A DNA stretch of 64,000 nt from the NCBI GenBank assembly GCA_965205505.1, contig CBDBHB010000006.1, positions 384,001 through 448,000 on the forward strand, written 5' to 3'. The notes under the pieces were generated by a model, which worked only from the letters and a program-made list of their open reading frames with translations, did no database searches and had not been told where the DNA came from. This stretch comes from Acidobacteriota bacterium. Its GTDB lineage: Bacteria > Acidobacteriota > UBA890 > WLXD01. Below are positions 31,858 through 40,774 of the stretch, one piece after another (position 1 is the first letter of the stretch; the number at the start of each line of letters is the position of its first letter). The translations under genes were made by a program, and so were the position numbers.

Positions 31858-32955
31858 ATGACCAAAACGACGCTCGTCTGGATGGCGGTGCTCGTGCCCG
31901 CTATTGGAGGAGGCGCTCATTCGCAGGCGGCGGGGTTCGAGCGCCACGACGTGCCCGTGGCGACTCCCGCGTACAACCTGCAACAGGGCGACTTCGACGG
32001 CGACGGTGATCTCGATCTGGCGACTGCGAACCAGCAGGCGAACAGTGTCTCGATTCTGCTGAACGACGGGCGCGGCAGATTCGTCGCCGGCGTCACGATC
32101 GAGGGGTTGCAGCGGCCCGAGGCGCTTGCGACAGCCGATGTGGACGCCGATGGCGACCTGGACCTGGCGATCGTCAACGCTGGTGCGGACAACGTTGCTC
32201 TGCTGCTGAACGACGGCAGTGCCGGGTTTACCCTCGGTGCCACGATATCGGTCGGGTCCAGCCCGCACGCCATCGTCGCCGTGGACATCGACGGCGACGG
32301 CGACACTGATTGGGCCGTGTCGGACTTCGGATCTGCGACTGTATCGATACTGGCCAACGATGGCAGCGGCGGCTACAGCCTCGTGACTGTCGTCGAGGCG
32401 AGCCCTGGCACGGAGCGGGCGGTCGTTGCAGATCTGGATTCGGACGGCGATGCCGACCTCGCAGTTTCCAGCTTCAGCGCCGCCACCGTGAACGTGCTGA
32501 TCAACGACGGTTCCGGTGGCTTCACGCCGGGAGCAGCGTTGACTCTGGGAGCGCGACAGCACATTGCAGCGGGCGGCGATCTCGACGGCGACGGGGATGT
32601 CGACATGATTGTCACCAGCTCGGGCACCGGAGAGGTAATGCTGCTCGACAACCACGATGGGTCGCTGGAGCACGACGTATCGGTGATCGTGCCCGAGACA
32701 CCCTGGGCGGCCGTGGTTCTCGACTACGACGGCGACGGAGACCTCGACGTGGCCGTCGCCGACTACTCCGGCCATCGTGTCTCGATGCTGCAGAACGACG
32801 GCGCCGGTCAGCTCGAAGTGGCGTTCTCAGTGGCGGTCGGCCAGCAGCCCCACCAGGTCGTGTCGGGGGACTACGACGGCGATGGCGTGCCGGATCTGGC
32901 AACCGCCAACGACGCCGAGGCCACCATCACGGTCCTTCTGAGTCGACACTCTTGA
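31858..32955 (+). CDS. Secreted FG-GAP/VCBS repeat beta-propeller protein
   Basis: Seven D-x-D-G/A/S-D-G-D-x-D-like repeats and a signal peptide. Confidence 0.9.
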   Translation: MTKTTLVWMAVLVPAIGGGAHSQAAGFERHDVPVATPAYNLQQGDFDGDGDLDLATANQQANSVSILLNDGRGRFVAGVTIEGLQRPEALATADVDADGDLDLAIVNAGADNVALLLNDGSAGFTLGATISVGSSPHAIVAVDIDGDGDTDWAVSDFGSATVSILANDGSGGYSLVTVVEASPGTERAVVADLDSDGDADLAVSSFSAATVNVLINDGSGGFTPGAALTLGARQHIAAGGDLDGDGDVDMIVTSSGTGEVMLLDNHDGSLEHDVSVIVPETPWAAVVLDYDGDGDLDVAVADYSGHRVSMLQNDGAGQLEVAFSVAVGQQPHQVVSGDYDGDGVPDLATANDAEATITVLLSRHS

Positions 32956-33080
32956 GCTGTTCGCCGGATCCGGATAGCTGTGCGGGGGGATTGGACGTTG
33001 GTCGGCCGACGTTGCAAGGTACTCGCCCGGGACTGCAACTTGCACCCCTCGAGAATCAACAACCCTAACGAAGCGCCGGA

Positions 33081-33650
33081 GTGAGCATGGCGACGAATCA
33101 CCGTATCGTCGATCTGGTCGGACACGATCGCAAGATGATCAGCCGACTCGGTCCGCTCGTCTTCGAAGCCCTCAAGCAACATTCTCCCAACTGGCTGCCG
33201 ACGGTCAACGACGCGACGCTAGAGATCCTGGAATCGCTGACTCCCGGACGCCTGAGCCGGGTACTGATCGATTCGGCAGGAGAGCCCGTGGGCTGGATCG
33301 GCATCATCCCTCATAGCGGTGGCCGCGTCTGGGAGATCCACCCGATTGCGGTTGCAACCGCGCACCAAGGCTACGGCTACGGGCGCGTGCTGATCGAGGA
33401 TATCGAGCGACACGCGCGCGAGCAGGGCGTTCTGACCCTGTGGGCCGGTACCAGCGACGAGATGGGATTGACCAACCTGGCCGACGTCGATCTATATGCC
33501 GATCCCGCGGGCGCTATCTCCGACATCGCCAGCATCAAGCCCCACGCATGGGAGTTCTGGGCCAGCGTCGGGTTCACCGTCGTAGGTCTCATGCCGGATG
33601 CGGAGGGACGGGGCAAGCCGAGCATCGTTCTGGCCAAGAGGGTGGATTGA
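33081..33650 (+). CDS. GNAT acetyltransferase, AAC(6')-Ia/Ii-like
   Basis: WEIHPIAV...QGYGYG...GTSDE...HAWEFW...VGLMPDAEGRGKPSIVLAK. Confidence 0.75.
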   Translation: MSMATNHRIVDLVGHDRKMISRLGPLVFEALKQHSPNWLPTVNDATLEILESLTPGRLSRVLIDSAGEPVGWIGIIPHSGGRVWEIHPIAVATAHQGYGYGRVLIEDIERHAREQGVLTLWAGTSDEMGLTNLADVDLYADPAGAISDIASIKPHAWEFWASVGFTVVGLMPDAEGRGKPSIVLAKRVD

Positions 33651-33653
33651 AAA

Positions 33654-34067
33654 GTGTTGAACGGCACTCGGTGGTTCTTACGCATCGCCTTGGCGGCCGG
33701 GTTTCTGTCGGCGACGGCGGATCGAGTCGGTCTGTGGGGAGCGCCAGGGGCCCCCGGCGTCGCCTGGGGAAAGTGGTCGGAGTTTCTGGATTACGTCGCG
33801 GCGCTCAACTGGTTCCTGCCGGCGTTCCTCATCCCGCTGGTGGGCTGGGTTGCCACGCTTGGCGAAATCGCTTGCGCGATCGCTCTCCTGGTAGGGTGGC
33901 GGTTGAAGTTGGCCGCATGCGCCAGCGGCGTGCTGCTGCTCTTGTTCGCGCTGACCATGGCCATCGCCGAGGGGATCAAGTCACCGCTGGATTCGTCGGT
34001 CTTCGCCGCCGCCGGCGGCGCCTTCCTGCTTGCGGCGGTGACGGCCGATGAGGATCGTTCCTGCTAA
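33654..34067 (+). CDS. DoxX-family membrane protein
   Basis: LRIALAAGFLSATADRVGLWG...VAWG...GIKSPLDSSVF. Confidence 0.85.
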   Translation: MLNGTRWFLRIALAAGFLSATADRVGLWGAPGAPGVAWGKWSEFLDYVAALNWFLPAFLIPLVGWVATLGEIACAIALLVGWRLKLAACASGVLLLLFALTMAIAEGIKSPLDSSVFAAAGGAFLLAAVTADEDRSC

Positions 34068-34529
34068 GCCGAGCTCAGGCTGACCGTCCCGGGTCCTGCT
34101 ACGAGTTCTGGAAGAGTAGGCCGAAGCGCTTTCCATCTTGCTTCGTGTCCTCCGTTGGCAGCTGACCGATAGGTTTTCGACCACGGTGTCGGCCTCGGGT
34201 TGTTTTGCAGGTGCCCGAGCTTGTGGTCCTGAGCTACGTAACCGAGCTTCATGTGCAGCTCTCGAGCTCCGGACAGTTCGACGGCCTGGGCATTGGCCGC
34301 GTGGCCTCGTCCAACGGACAGGCAACGGTGGGCTTGGGGCTCCATGTCGACAGCGCGCTGGCCGCCGCGGTTGCCAGCGGGGCGGTCGACCTCGACGGTG
34401 ACAGGCCAGCTCGCCGGTGTGTTCTCTGTCATCGGTACGTCGGCGAGCGATCGAATGCGGGTCTCGGTCGCCGTGGAGCAGGACACGTAGGCCGAGGCCA
34501 CTCAACGCGTAACGGCGAGGATCGCCTCC

Positions 34530-34630
34530 GTGGCGCCCCAGCCGCGTGTCGTCGGCGAGATATACCTCGCCCAAGCCACCGTTGCCGAGCAATGCGGTCA
34601 GCTCGTAGGGTCCGGGTAGGGTACCGATAG
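34530..34630 (-). pseudogene. Remnant of a Ser/Thr kinase N-terminus
   Basis: Translates GPYELTALLGNGGLGEVYLADDTRLGR (subdomain I) with no later kinase motifs. Confidence 0.65.
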
Positions 34631-34688
34631 GTGAGTAAGGCCCGCGCGGCTATCATGGCGCGCGGACCCATACGAAGGAGGCGACCCG

Positions 34689-36467
34689 ATGAACCAGAGA
34701 TCTCGGAGCGGCGGCCGTTGCGTGGTCGCGGTTGTTGGCATGGCGCTGGCTTCGTGTGGTGGCGGCGGGCCGACGGCAGAAGAGGCGGCCGACGTCGCGC
34801 TGGTCAACGGCAAGATCATCACCGTCGACGCCACCGATAGCGTTGCCGAGGCCGTTGCGGTGAAGGACGGTCGCATCGTCGCGGTCGGCTCGAGCGCCGA
34901 GATCGACACACTGGTCGGTGTATCCACCCGCAGGATCGATCTCGGTGGCCGGGCGGCAACGCCGGGGCTGCTCGACGCTCACGCTCACTTCGGCAACGGC
35001 CGCGCCACGCGCATGTTCGTACTCGATCTCAGTTACCCAGGTGTGACTTCGGTCGCCGATGTGGTCGACAAGGTCGCCGAGCGTGTCGCGCAGGCCGAGC
35101 CCGGCGACTGGATCCGCGGCCGTGGCTGGGACGAGGGCAAGTTCGAGGAGTTGCGCTACGTCACCGCAGCCGACCTCGACGCGATCGCTCCCGACAACCC
35201 CGTGTGGCTGACGCACACCATGGGGCACTATGGCACCGCCAACAGCCTGGCGATGGAGCTTGCCGGCGTTACCCGCGACACCCCGGATCCGCCCGGCGGC
35301 ACCATCGATCACGACGCCGACGGCAACGCCACGGGCGTGTTGAAGGAGCGCGCCCAGGGGCTGGTCAACGGTCTGATTCCACCGATGAGCCCCGAGCAGG
35401 TGCGCGAAGGCATGCGCGACCTGTCGCAGGCCTTCAACGCCGAGGGCATGACCGGGGTGAAGGACCCCGGCATCGGGCAGGCAACCTGGGACGCGTACGC
35501 CGACGTGCTCGCCGATGGCGACCTCTCGGTCAGGGTATTCGTCCTGTGGCGCAGCCGGGGAGACCTGAGCGACGCGGAGGCGTTGGCGGAGCGTGTGGGG
35601 CCGTTTACCAGGCCGTACGAATCGACCGGCGACGATCGTTTGATCTCCGGTGGTATCAAACTCATGATCGACGGCAGCGGCGGGGCGCGCACCGCCTGGA
35701 TGTACGACGACTGGAACCGCGATTTCGACCAGGTCGACATCGGCAATCGCGGCTACCCGGTGGAGCCGGCGGAGCTGATTCGCGACAAGATTCGGCTGTT
35801 CCACGACGCCGGCCTCCACGTCAGCACCCACTCGATCGGCGATCGAGGCATCGACTGGGTGGTCGACAGCTACGCCATGGCGCTCGAGGACAATCCCCGT
35901 CCCGGACTACGCCACGGCATTATCCACGCCAACATCCCCACCGACCACGCCATCGACACGATGGCGCGGCTACAGCGAGAGTTCGACGCCGGCTTCCCGG
36001 AGCCCTCGCCGCCCTTCATGTGGTGGATCGGCGATACCTACGCCGGCAACTTCGGCCCCGATCGGGCGTTGCGCCTCAACCCGTTCGCGACCTTTGTCGA
36101 GAAGGGCATCCCCTGGGCAAGTGCGTCCGATTTCAGCGTTACGCCGTTCGAGGCCCGCTATGGGTTGTGGGCGTCGGTGGCACGCGAGACCTTGCTGGGC
36201 GTGTACGGCGACAACCCGTACGGATCAGACGAGTCGGTGGATATCCGCACCGCGCTACGCTCCTACACCATCTGGAGCGCGCGCCAGATGTTCCTGGAGG
36301 ACAAGATCGGCTCGATCGAGGTCGGCAAGTACGCCGATATCGCGGTATGGGACCGTGACCCGTACACGGTGCCCACGGCCGACATCAAGGACATGGTGTG
36401 CGAGATGACGCTTTTCGACGGCCGCGTCGTGTACGTCAACCCGCAGACCACGCTCGACATTCCATAA
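34689..36467 (+). CDS. Amidohydrolase (YtcJ/Amidohydro_3-like), probable lipoprotein
   Basis: PGLLDAHAH, KLMIDGS, HSIGDRG, GSIEVGKYAD; lipobox LASC. Confidence 0.92.
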   Translation: MNQRSRSGGRCVVAVVGMALASCGGGGPTAEEAADVALVNGKIITVDATDSVAEAVAVKDGRIVAVGSSAEIDTLVGVSTRRIDLGGRAATPGLLDAHAHFGNGRATRMFVLDLSYPGVTSVADVVDKVAERVAQAEPGDWIRGRGWDEGKFEELRYVTAADLDAIAPDNPVWLTHTMGHYGTANSLAMELAGVTRDTPDPPGGTIDHDADGNATGVLKERAQGLVNGLIPPMSPEQVREGMRDLSQAFNAEGMTGVKDPGIGQATWDAYADVLADGDLSVRVFVLWRSRGDLSDAEALAERVGPFTRPYESTGDDRLISGGIKLMIDGSGGARTAWMYDDWNRDFDQVDIGNRGYPVEPAELIRDKIRLFHDAGLHVSTHSIGDRGIDWVVDSYAMALEDNPRPGLRHGIIHANIPTDHAIDTMARLQREFDAGFPEPSPPFMWWIGDTYAGNFGPDRALRLNPFATFVEKGIPWASASDFSVTPFEARYGLWASVARETLLGVYGDNPYGSDESVDIRTALRSYTIWSARQMFLEDKIGSIEVGKYADIAVWDRDPYTVPTADIKDMVCEMTLFDGRVVYVNPQTTLDIP

Positions 36468-36491
36468 ACCTCACGCACTTCGGAGTTGAAT

Positions 36492-38774
36492 ATGCGTACC
36501 AATTGCCCGCCCCCGTTTCCCGCGTCGAGCGCGTTCATCGTCGCCGCTTTGCTGCTCGCCCCAACGCTTGCGGCCCCGGTCGAGGGCCAGGCCCCGGCCG
36601 ATGGGCCACGTGCCATGACCTTCCTCGACATGCAGCACATGGCTCGTGCCGGCTCCTTCACCCCTAGCCGCGACGGCAAGTGGATGCTGTACACGGTAAC
36701 CACACCCGATTGGGAGGAAGCGACGCAGCAGTCCGACATCCATTTGGTGTCACTGGAGCAGGGCGCCGCGTCGGGTCGTCGCATGACCTACACGGACGAC
36801 AAGAACGAGGGCTCCCCGGCATGGTCGCGCGACGGACGCTTCTTCGTGTTTGCTTCTGACCGCGACTCTGACGACGATAACGACCAGCTGTATCTGATGC
36901 GCCCGGATGGCGGCGAGGCGCGGCGAATCACGGATGCCGAGGACGGCGCGTCGAACTTCGCCTTCAGCGACGACGGCCAGTGGCTCGTCTACCGCAGCGG
37001 CGAGTCCGGCCGGGAGGAGCTGTTTCGACTTCCGGTGCAGGGCATCCACGCGGCCGTCGCCGAGCAGCTCACCGACGCCGCCGCCGGTGTCGAAGGCTGG
37101 GAGTGGGCTCCGGATAGCCGCCGGATCTACTTCGCCAGGCCCGATAGCGCCGATGCGGACGAGCGCTTGCGCACCGAGATGAAGTTCACCGTCGACGTTC
37201 GCAACCAGGAGACGCCGCTCTCGAGCCTGTGGGCGCTCGAGCTCGATTCGCTGGAGGCGACTCGGTTGACCGACAATGCGAGCATGAGCGTGGCGAGCTT
37301 CACGGTCTCCGACGACGGTCGCTGGGTGGGCTTCACGGGATCTTCGGCCGAGCGCTACGAGCGCAACATCACCGAGGAGCGTATCAACGCCGACCTCTAC
37401 CTGCTCGAGACCTCGACCGGGCATGTGGAGCGATTGACCGACAACCACGAGGTCGGTGAAGGCAGCATGAGCTTCTCGCCCGACGGGCGTCTGCTGGCGT
37501 TCTCCGCGCCCGGCGACATGCACGCCTACAGCATGAAGAACCGTCGCATCTACGTGCGCGAGGTCGAGGAGCGGGGCGGCGCGTTCCGCCAGGTCGGCAC
37601 CGGGTTCGATGGTCACGCCTCGCCGAGCTTCTGGTCCGACGACGGCGCGACCATCTTCTTCAACGGCGGCGTGCGTGTTACCAGCCAGCTTCACGGGGTC
37701 GACGTGGCCAACGATAGGGTGCAGCAGCTGACGCACGCAGAGGCCGCGCTCAGGGTCAGCCGCGACCGCGACTCCGGCGTGCTGCTGATCAACTACTCCG
37801 ATCCGAGCACCCCGCCGACGCTGTTCACGGTGGCCAGCGTCGAGGAGGTGGGCACGCGCTCGGCATGGAAGCAGCTCGTCGACGTCAACCGCCAGATAGA
37901 AGGCCTCGCCCTGGGCGAGGAGACCGAGGTCACCTGGACGTCGACCGACGGCAAGCAGGTCGGCGGCGTGCTGATGAAGCCGGTAGGCTACGAGGAAGGC
38001 AACCGCTACCCGCTCATCGTCGCCATCCACGGTGGCCCCGCCGGCGCCGACACGCTGCGGTTCAACGGCGGCTACGGATCACAGGTGTACGCTGGCGCCG
38101 GGTACGCGGTGTTGAAGCCCAACTACCGAGGCTCGTCCAACTACGGCGAGGAGCACCGCACCGCAATTGTCGGCAACTACTTTCCGCAGGGCTACGACGA
38201 CATCATGACCGGCGTCGACCACCTCATCGCCGAGGGCATAGTCGACCCCGGTCGCATGGGGGCGCTCGGCTGGAGCGCCGGCGGGCACTGGTCGAACTGG
38301 ATCCTCACCCACACCGACCGCTTCAAGGCGATCAGCTCCGGGGCGGGCACCTCGAACTGGATCTCGATGTACGCGCAGAGCGACGTACAGCGCAACCGCC
38401 AGTTCTACCTCGGCAACGACCTCCCGTACGACAACTACGACGCCTACTGGGAGCAATCGCCGATGAAGTACATCAAGAATGCCAAGACGCCGACGATGAT
38501 CCATGTGGTCGAGGGCGACCCGCGCGTTCCCAGCCCGCAGTCGGTCGAGCTGCACATGGCGCTCAAGAAGCTCGGTGTGCCGACCGAGCTGTACATGTAC
38601 CCGGGTCGCAGCCACGGCATCCCCGATCCGCGCAACCGGCTGGTGAAGTCGGTCAGCGAGATGGCGTGGATGGATTACTACGTGCGGGGCATCGGCGAGA
38701 AGTTCGCCTGGCGCGACGTGCTGAAGACACTCGAGGGCGAACCGGAAAAGACCGACGCGAACGGTGGCAGCTGA
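36492..38774 (+). CDS. S9-family peptidase with beta-propeller
   Basis: IHGGP, PNYRGS, GWSAGG nucleophile, DPRVP, SHG; PD40-like repeats. Confidence 0.93.
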   Translation: MRTNCPPPFPASSAFIVAALLLAPTLAAPVEGQAPADGPRAMTFLDMQHMARAGSFTPSRDGKWMLYTVTTPDWEEATQQSDIHLVSLEQGAASGRRMTYTDDKNEGSPAWSRDGRFFVFASDRDSDDDNDQLYLMRPDGGEARRITDAEDGASNFAFSDDGQWLVYRSGESGREELFRLPVQGIHAAVAEQLTDAAAGVEGWEWAPDSRRIYFARPDSADADERLRTEMKFTVDVRNQETPLSSLWALELDSLEATRLTDNASMSVASFTVSDDGRWVGFTGSSAERYERNITEERINADLYLLETSTGHVERLTDNHEVGEGSMSFSPDGRLLAFSAPGDMHAYSMKNRRIYVREVEERGGAFRQVGTGFDGHASPSFWSDDGATIFFNGGVRVTSQLHGVDVANDRVQQLTHAEAALRVSRDRDSGVLLINYSDPSTPPTLFTVASVEEVGTRSAWKQLVDVNRQIEGLALGEETEVTWTSTDGKQVGGVLMKPVGYEEGNRYPLIVAIHGGPAGADTLRFNGGYGSQVYAGAGYAVLKPNYRGSSNYGEEHRTAIVGNYFPQGYDDIMTGVDHLIAEGIVDPGRMGALGWSAGGHWSNWILTHTDRFKAISSGAGTSNWISMYAQSDVQRNRQFYLGNDLPYDNYDAYWEQSPMKYIKNAKTPTMIHVVEGDPRVPSPQSVELHMALKKLGVPTELYMYPGRSHGIPDPRNRLVKSVSEMAWMDYYVRGIGEKFAWRDVLKTLEGEPEKTDANGGS

Positions 38775-38788
38775 GAAGAGCGTTGGCC

Positions 38789-39095
38789 GTGTCCGAGGCC
38801 GCCGTACGATTCGACGATATCCACAAGAGCTACGGCGAGACCGTCGCGCTGTGCGGCGTGTCGTTCGAGGCTCGTTCTGGCGAGGCGTTCGGGCTACTGG
38901 GTCCCCAACGGTGCCGGCAAGACCAGCCTGATCGGGGTGCCAGTCTGGGAGCTGGCGCTGGCGCCGGGAATTCTGATCATCTCGACCTGGCTGGCGCTCA
39001 AGCTCGGGGCGCGGCTGTTTCGCATCGGGCTGCTGGCGCTCGGTAGCCGTCCGAAGCTGAACGAAATCTGGCGTCAGGCGCGCCTATCTAGATGA
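38789..39095 (+). pseudogene. Deleted ABC exporter: ATPase N-terminus fused to permease C-terminus
   Basis: IHKSYGETVAL...FGLLGP, +1 shift, NGAGKTSLI, directly followed by VPVWELAL...LGARLFRIGLLALGSRPKLNEIWRQAR. Confidence 0.85.
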
Positions 39096-39188
39096 GATGA
39101 GAAGGCCAACCTCCTGAACGCAGTAGCCTGACGGCTCTGCAAACGTTTCTTCAAACGTAACGGGCTCGAAGCCCAAGGAGGTTGGCCG

Positions 39189-40234
39189 ATGAGGAGTGTA
39201 ACGATTGGACTGGACGTAAGCGACCGGTACAGCCGTATGTGCGTGCTCGACAGTAAGGGCAGGGTGATGGAGGAAGGGCGGGTGAGGACGAGCCCGGAGG
39301 GGCTGGCGAGGCGGTTCGGGTGCGAGGAGCCCGCTCGAGTAGTGCTGGAGGTTGGAACGCACTCGCCGTGGATGAGTGAGCAGTTGAAGCAACTGGGTCA
39401 TGAGGTGCTGGTGGCTAACCCGAGGCGGCTGAAGCTGATCTATGGCGAGCACGACAAGACCGACCGGTTGGATGCCGAGCACCTGGCACGAGTGGGCAGA
39501 ATGGACCCAAAGCTGCTTAAGACGGTGCAGCATCGAGGCAGACAAGCGCGAGCGGATCTAGCCGTGATTCGGAGCCGAGATGCTCTGGTAAAGAGCCCAC
39601 GCAGTTGGTGAGCCATGTGCGTGGTGCGGTCAAGTCGGCCGGTTGTCGTATTCCCAGGTGCTCGACGCCGGCGTTCGCGCGCACCGCGCCAGAGCACATA
39701 CCGGAGCGGCTCAAGGGAGCGCTCGAGCCGGTGCTTGAAACGATCGCCATGCTGACGGGCAACATCCAGCAATACGAGCGTCAGATCGTGCAGCTGTGCC
39801 AGGGGCGATACCCGGAGACACAGCAGCTCCAGCAAGTGGCCGGGGTCGGAGCTCTGACCGCACTGGCGTATGTGCTGACGCTCGAGGAGCCGGAGCGGTT
39901 CAATACCTCCAGAGCCGTGGGCCCGTACCTGGGACTGAGACCGAAGAAACGGCAGTCGGGGGACAAGGACCCTGCGCTACGAATAACCAAGGCGGGCGAC
40001 AAAATGCTCCGACGCCTGTTGGTGGGCTCGGCGCATTACATCCTGGGCCCCTTCGGGCCCGATACTGAGCTCAGACGCTGGGGGCTCAAGCTGGCCGGAC
40101 GCGGTGGTCCTCATGGCAACAAAAAGGCAGCAGTTGCTGTCGCCCGTAAGCTCGCCGTTGTGCTGCACCGACTGTGGCTGAGTGGAGACGAGTACGAACC
40201 GTTGCGCGCACCTGTAGAGGTTTCAGCAGCATGA
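39189..40234 (+). pseudogene. IS110-family DEDD recombinase/transposase, frameshifted
   Basis: IGLDVS, VLEVG, DKTDRLDAEHLAR, GVGALTA, YLGLRPKKRQSG, ITKAG, AVARKL; one base missing near 39597. Confidence 0.92.
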
Positions 40235-40239
40235 ACTAA

Positions 40240-40480
40240 CCCGCAACCAGGAGGTCGGTAGGGCGACGCGACCCAACGGTTATCGATCTGACCGCCCGGT
40301 CCGGGCGACTGCGAAGGTCACTACGAGCTTCGAGCTCGGCAGCTAGATTGCAGCGCCTCGAATCGGGACGGACCCCAGAATGCACCGGACGACCTGAATC
40401 CTCGTCCACCAGAGTGCGAATAGGAGCATGGCGTGCAGATCGATTCTTCGCTGGCCACCACATTGCCCTTGACCGAACTA
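40240..40480 (+). ncRNA. Candidate bridge RNA/seekRNA region (boundaries approximate)
   Basis: Stem 40309-40314/40348-40353 encloses loop strands AGGTCACTA and GCAGCTAGA and hairpin CGAGC-TTCGA-GCTCG; AGGTCACTA is complementary to target TAGTGGCCT; ATAGGAG (40420-40426) resembles the IS end ATAGAAG. Confidence 0.75.
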
Positions 40481-40494
40481 GGCCTTCTCATAGA

Positions 40495-40769
40495 AGTGGC
40501 CTGTAGCAGATGATCGTTGCCTATCGCAGATGGGATTTGCGGGTGAGATCAAGGCGCGGCGAGGAAGGCGATGCAGAGGGCATCGTCGACGAGGCGCAAC
40601 GCCGATATCGCCCGCAACTGCCCATCTGTCCGGAGGATGGCGGCGAAATCGGCCCGTCTGCGGCGTTGCTCCTCCTCCAAGATGGGCAAACATCGTCTCG
40701 TCGTCGCGCCTGGCATCCGGACCCATTTCGCCACCACGATACGCAACGATCATCTGTTACAGACCACTA
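40495..40769. mobile_element. Non-autonomous MITE-like element with ~33-bp terminal inverted repeats
   Basis: AGTGGCCTGTAGCAGATGATCGTTGCCTATCG (40495-40526) versus CGATACGCAACGATCATCTGTTACAGACCACTA (40737-40769), 3 mismatches; TA ends; second partial copy in the window. Confidence 0.88.
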
Positions 40770-40774
40770 GTGGC

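Larger units (their letters stand above)
39090..40494 (+). mobile_element. IS110-family element, IS1111 group (1405 bp)
   Basis: Sub-terminal 11-bp IRs ATGAGAAGGCC (39097-39107) and GGCCTTCTCAT (40481-40491), lying 7 and 3 nt inside ends defined by an AG core (39090-39091 and 40495-40496); long non-coding region downstream of the transposase. Confidence 0.92.

Noticed and set aside
39588-39600. Programmed -1 frameshift at A-AAG in the IS110 transposase
   Set aside because: It would give KEPTQ and lose the Arg expected in RTQL; IS110 transposases are normally single ORFs, so a 1-nt deletion is simpler
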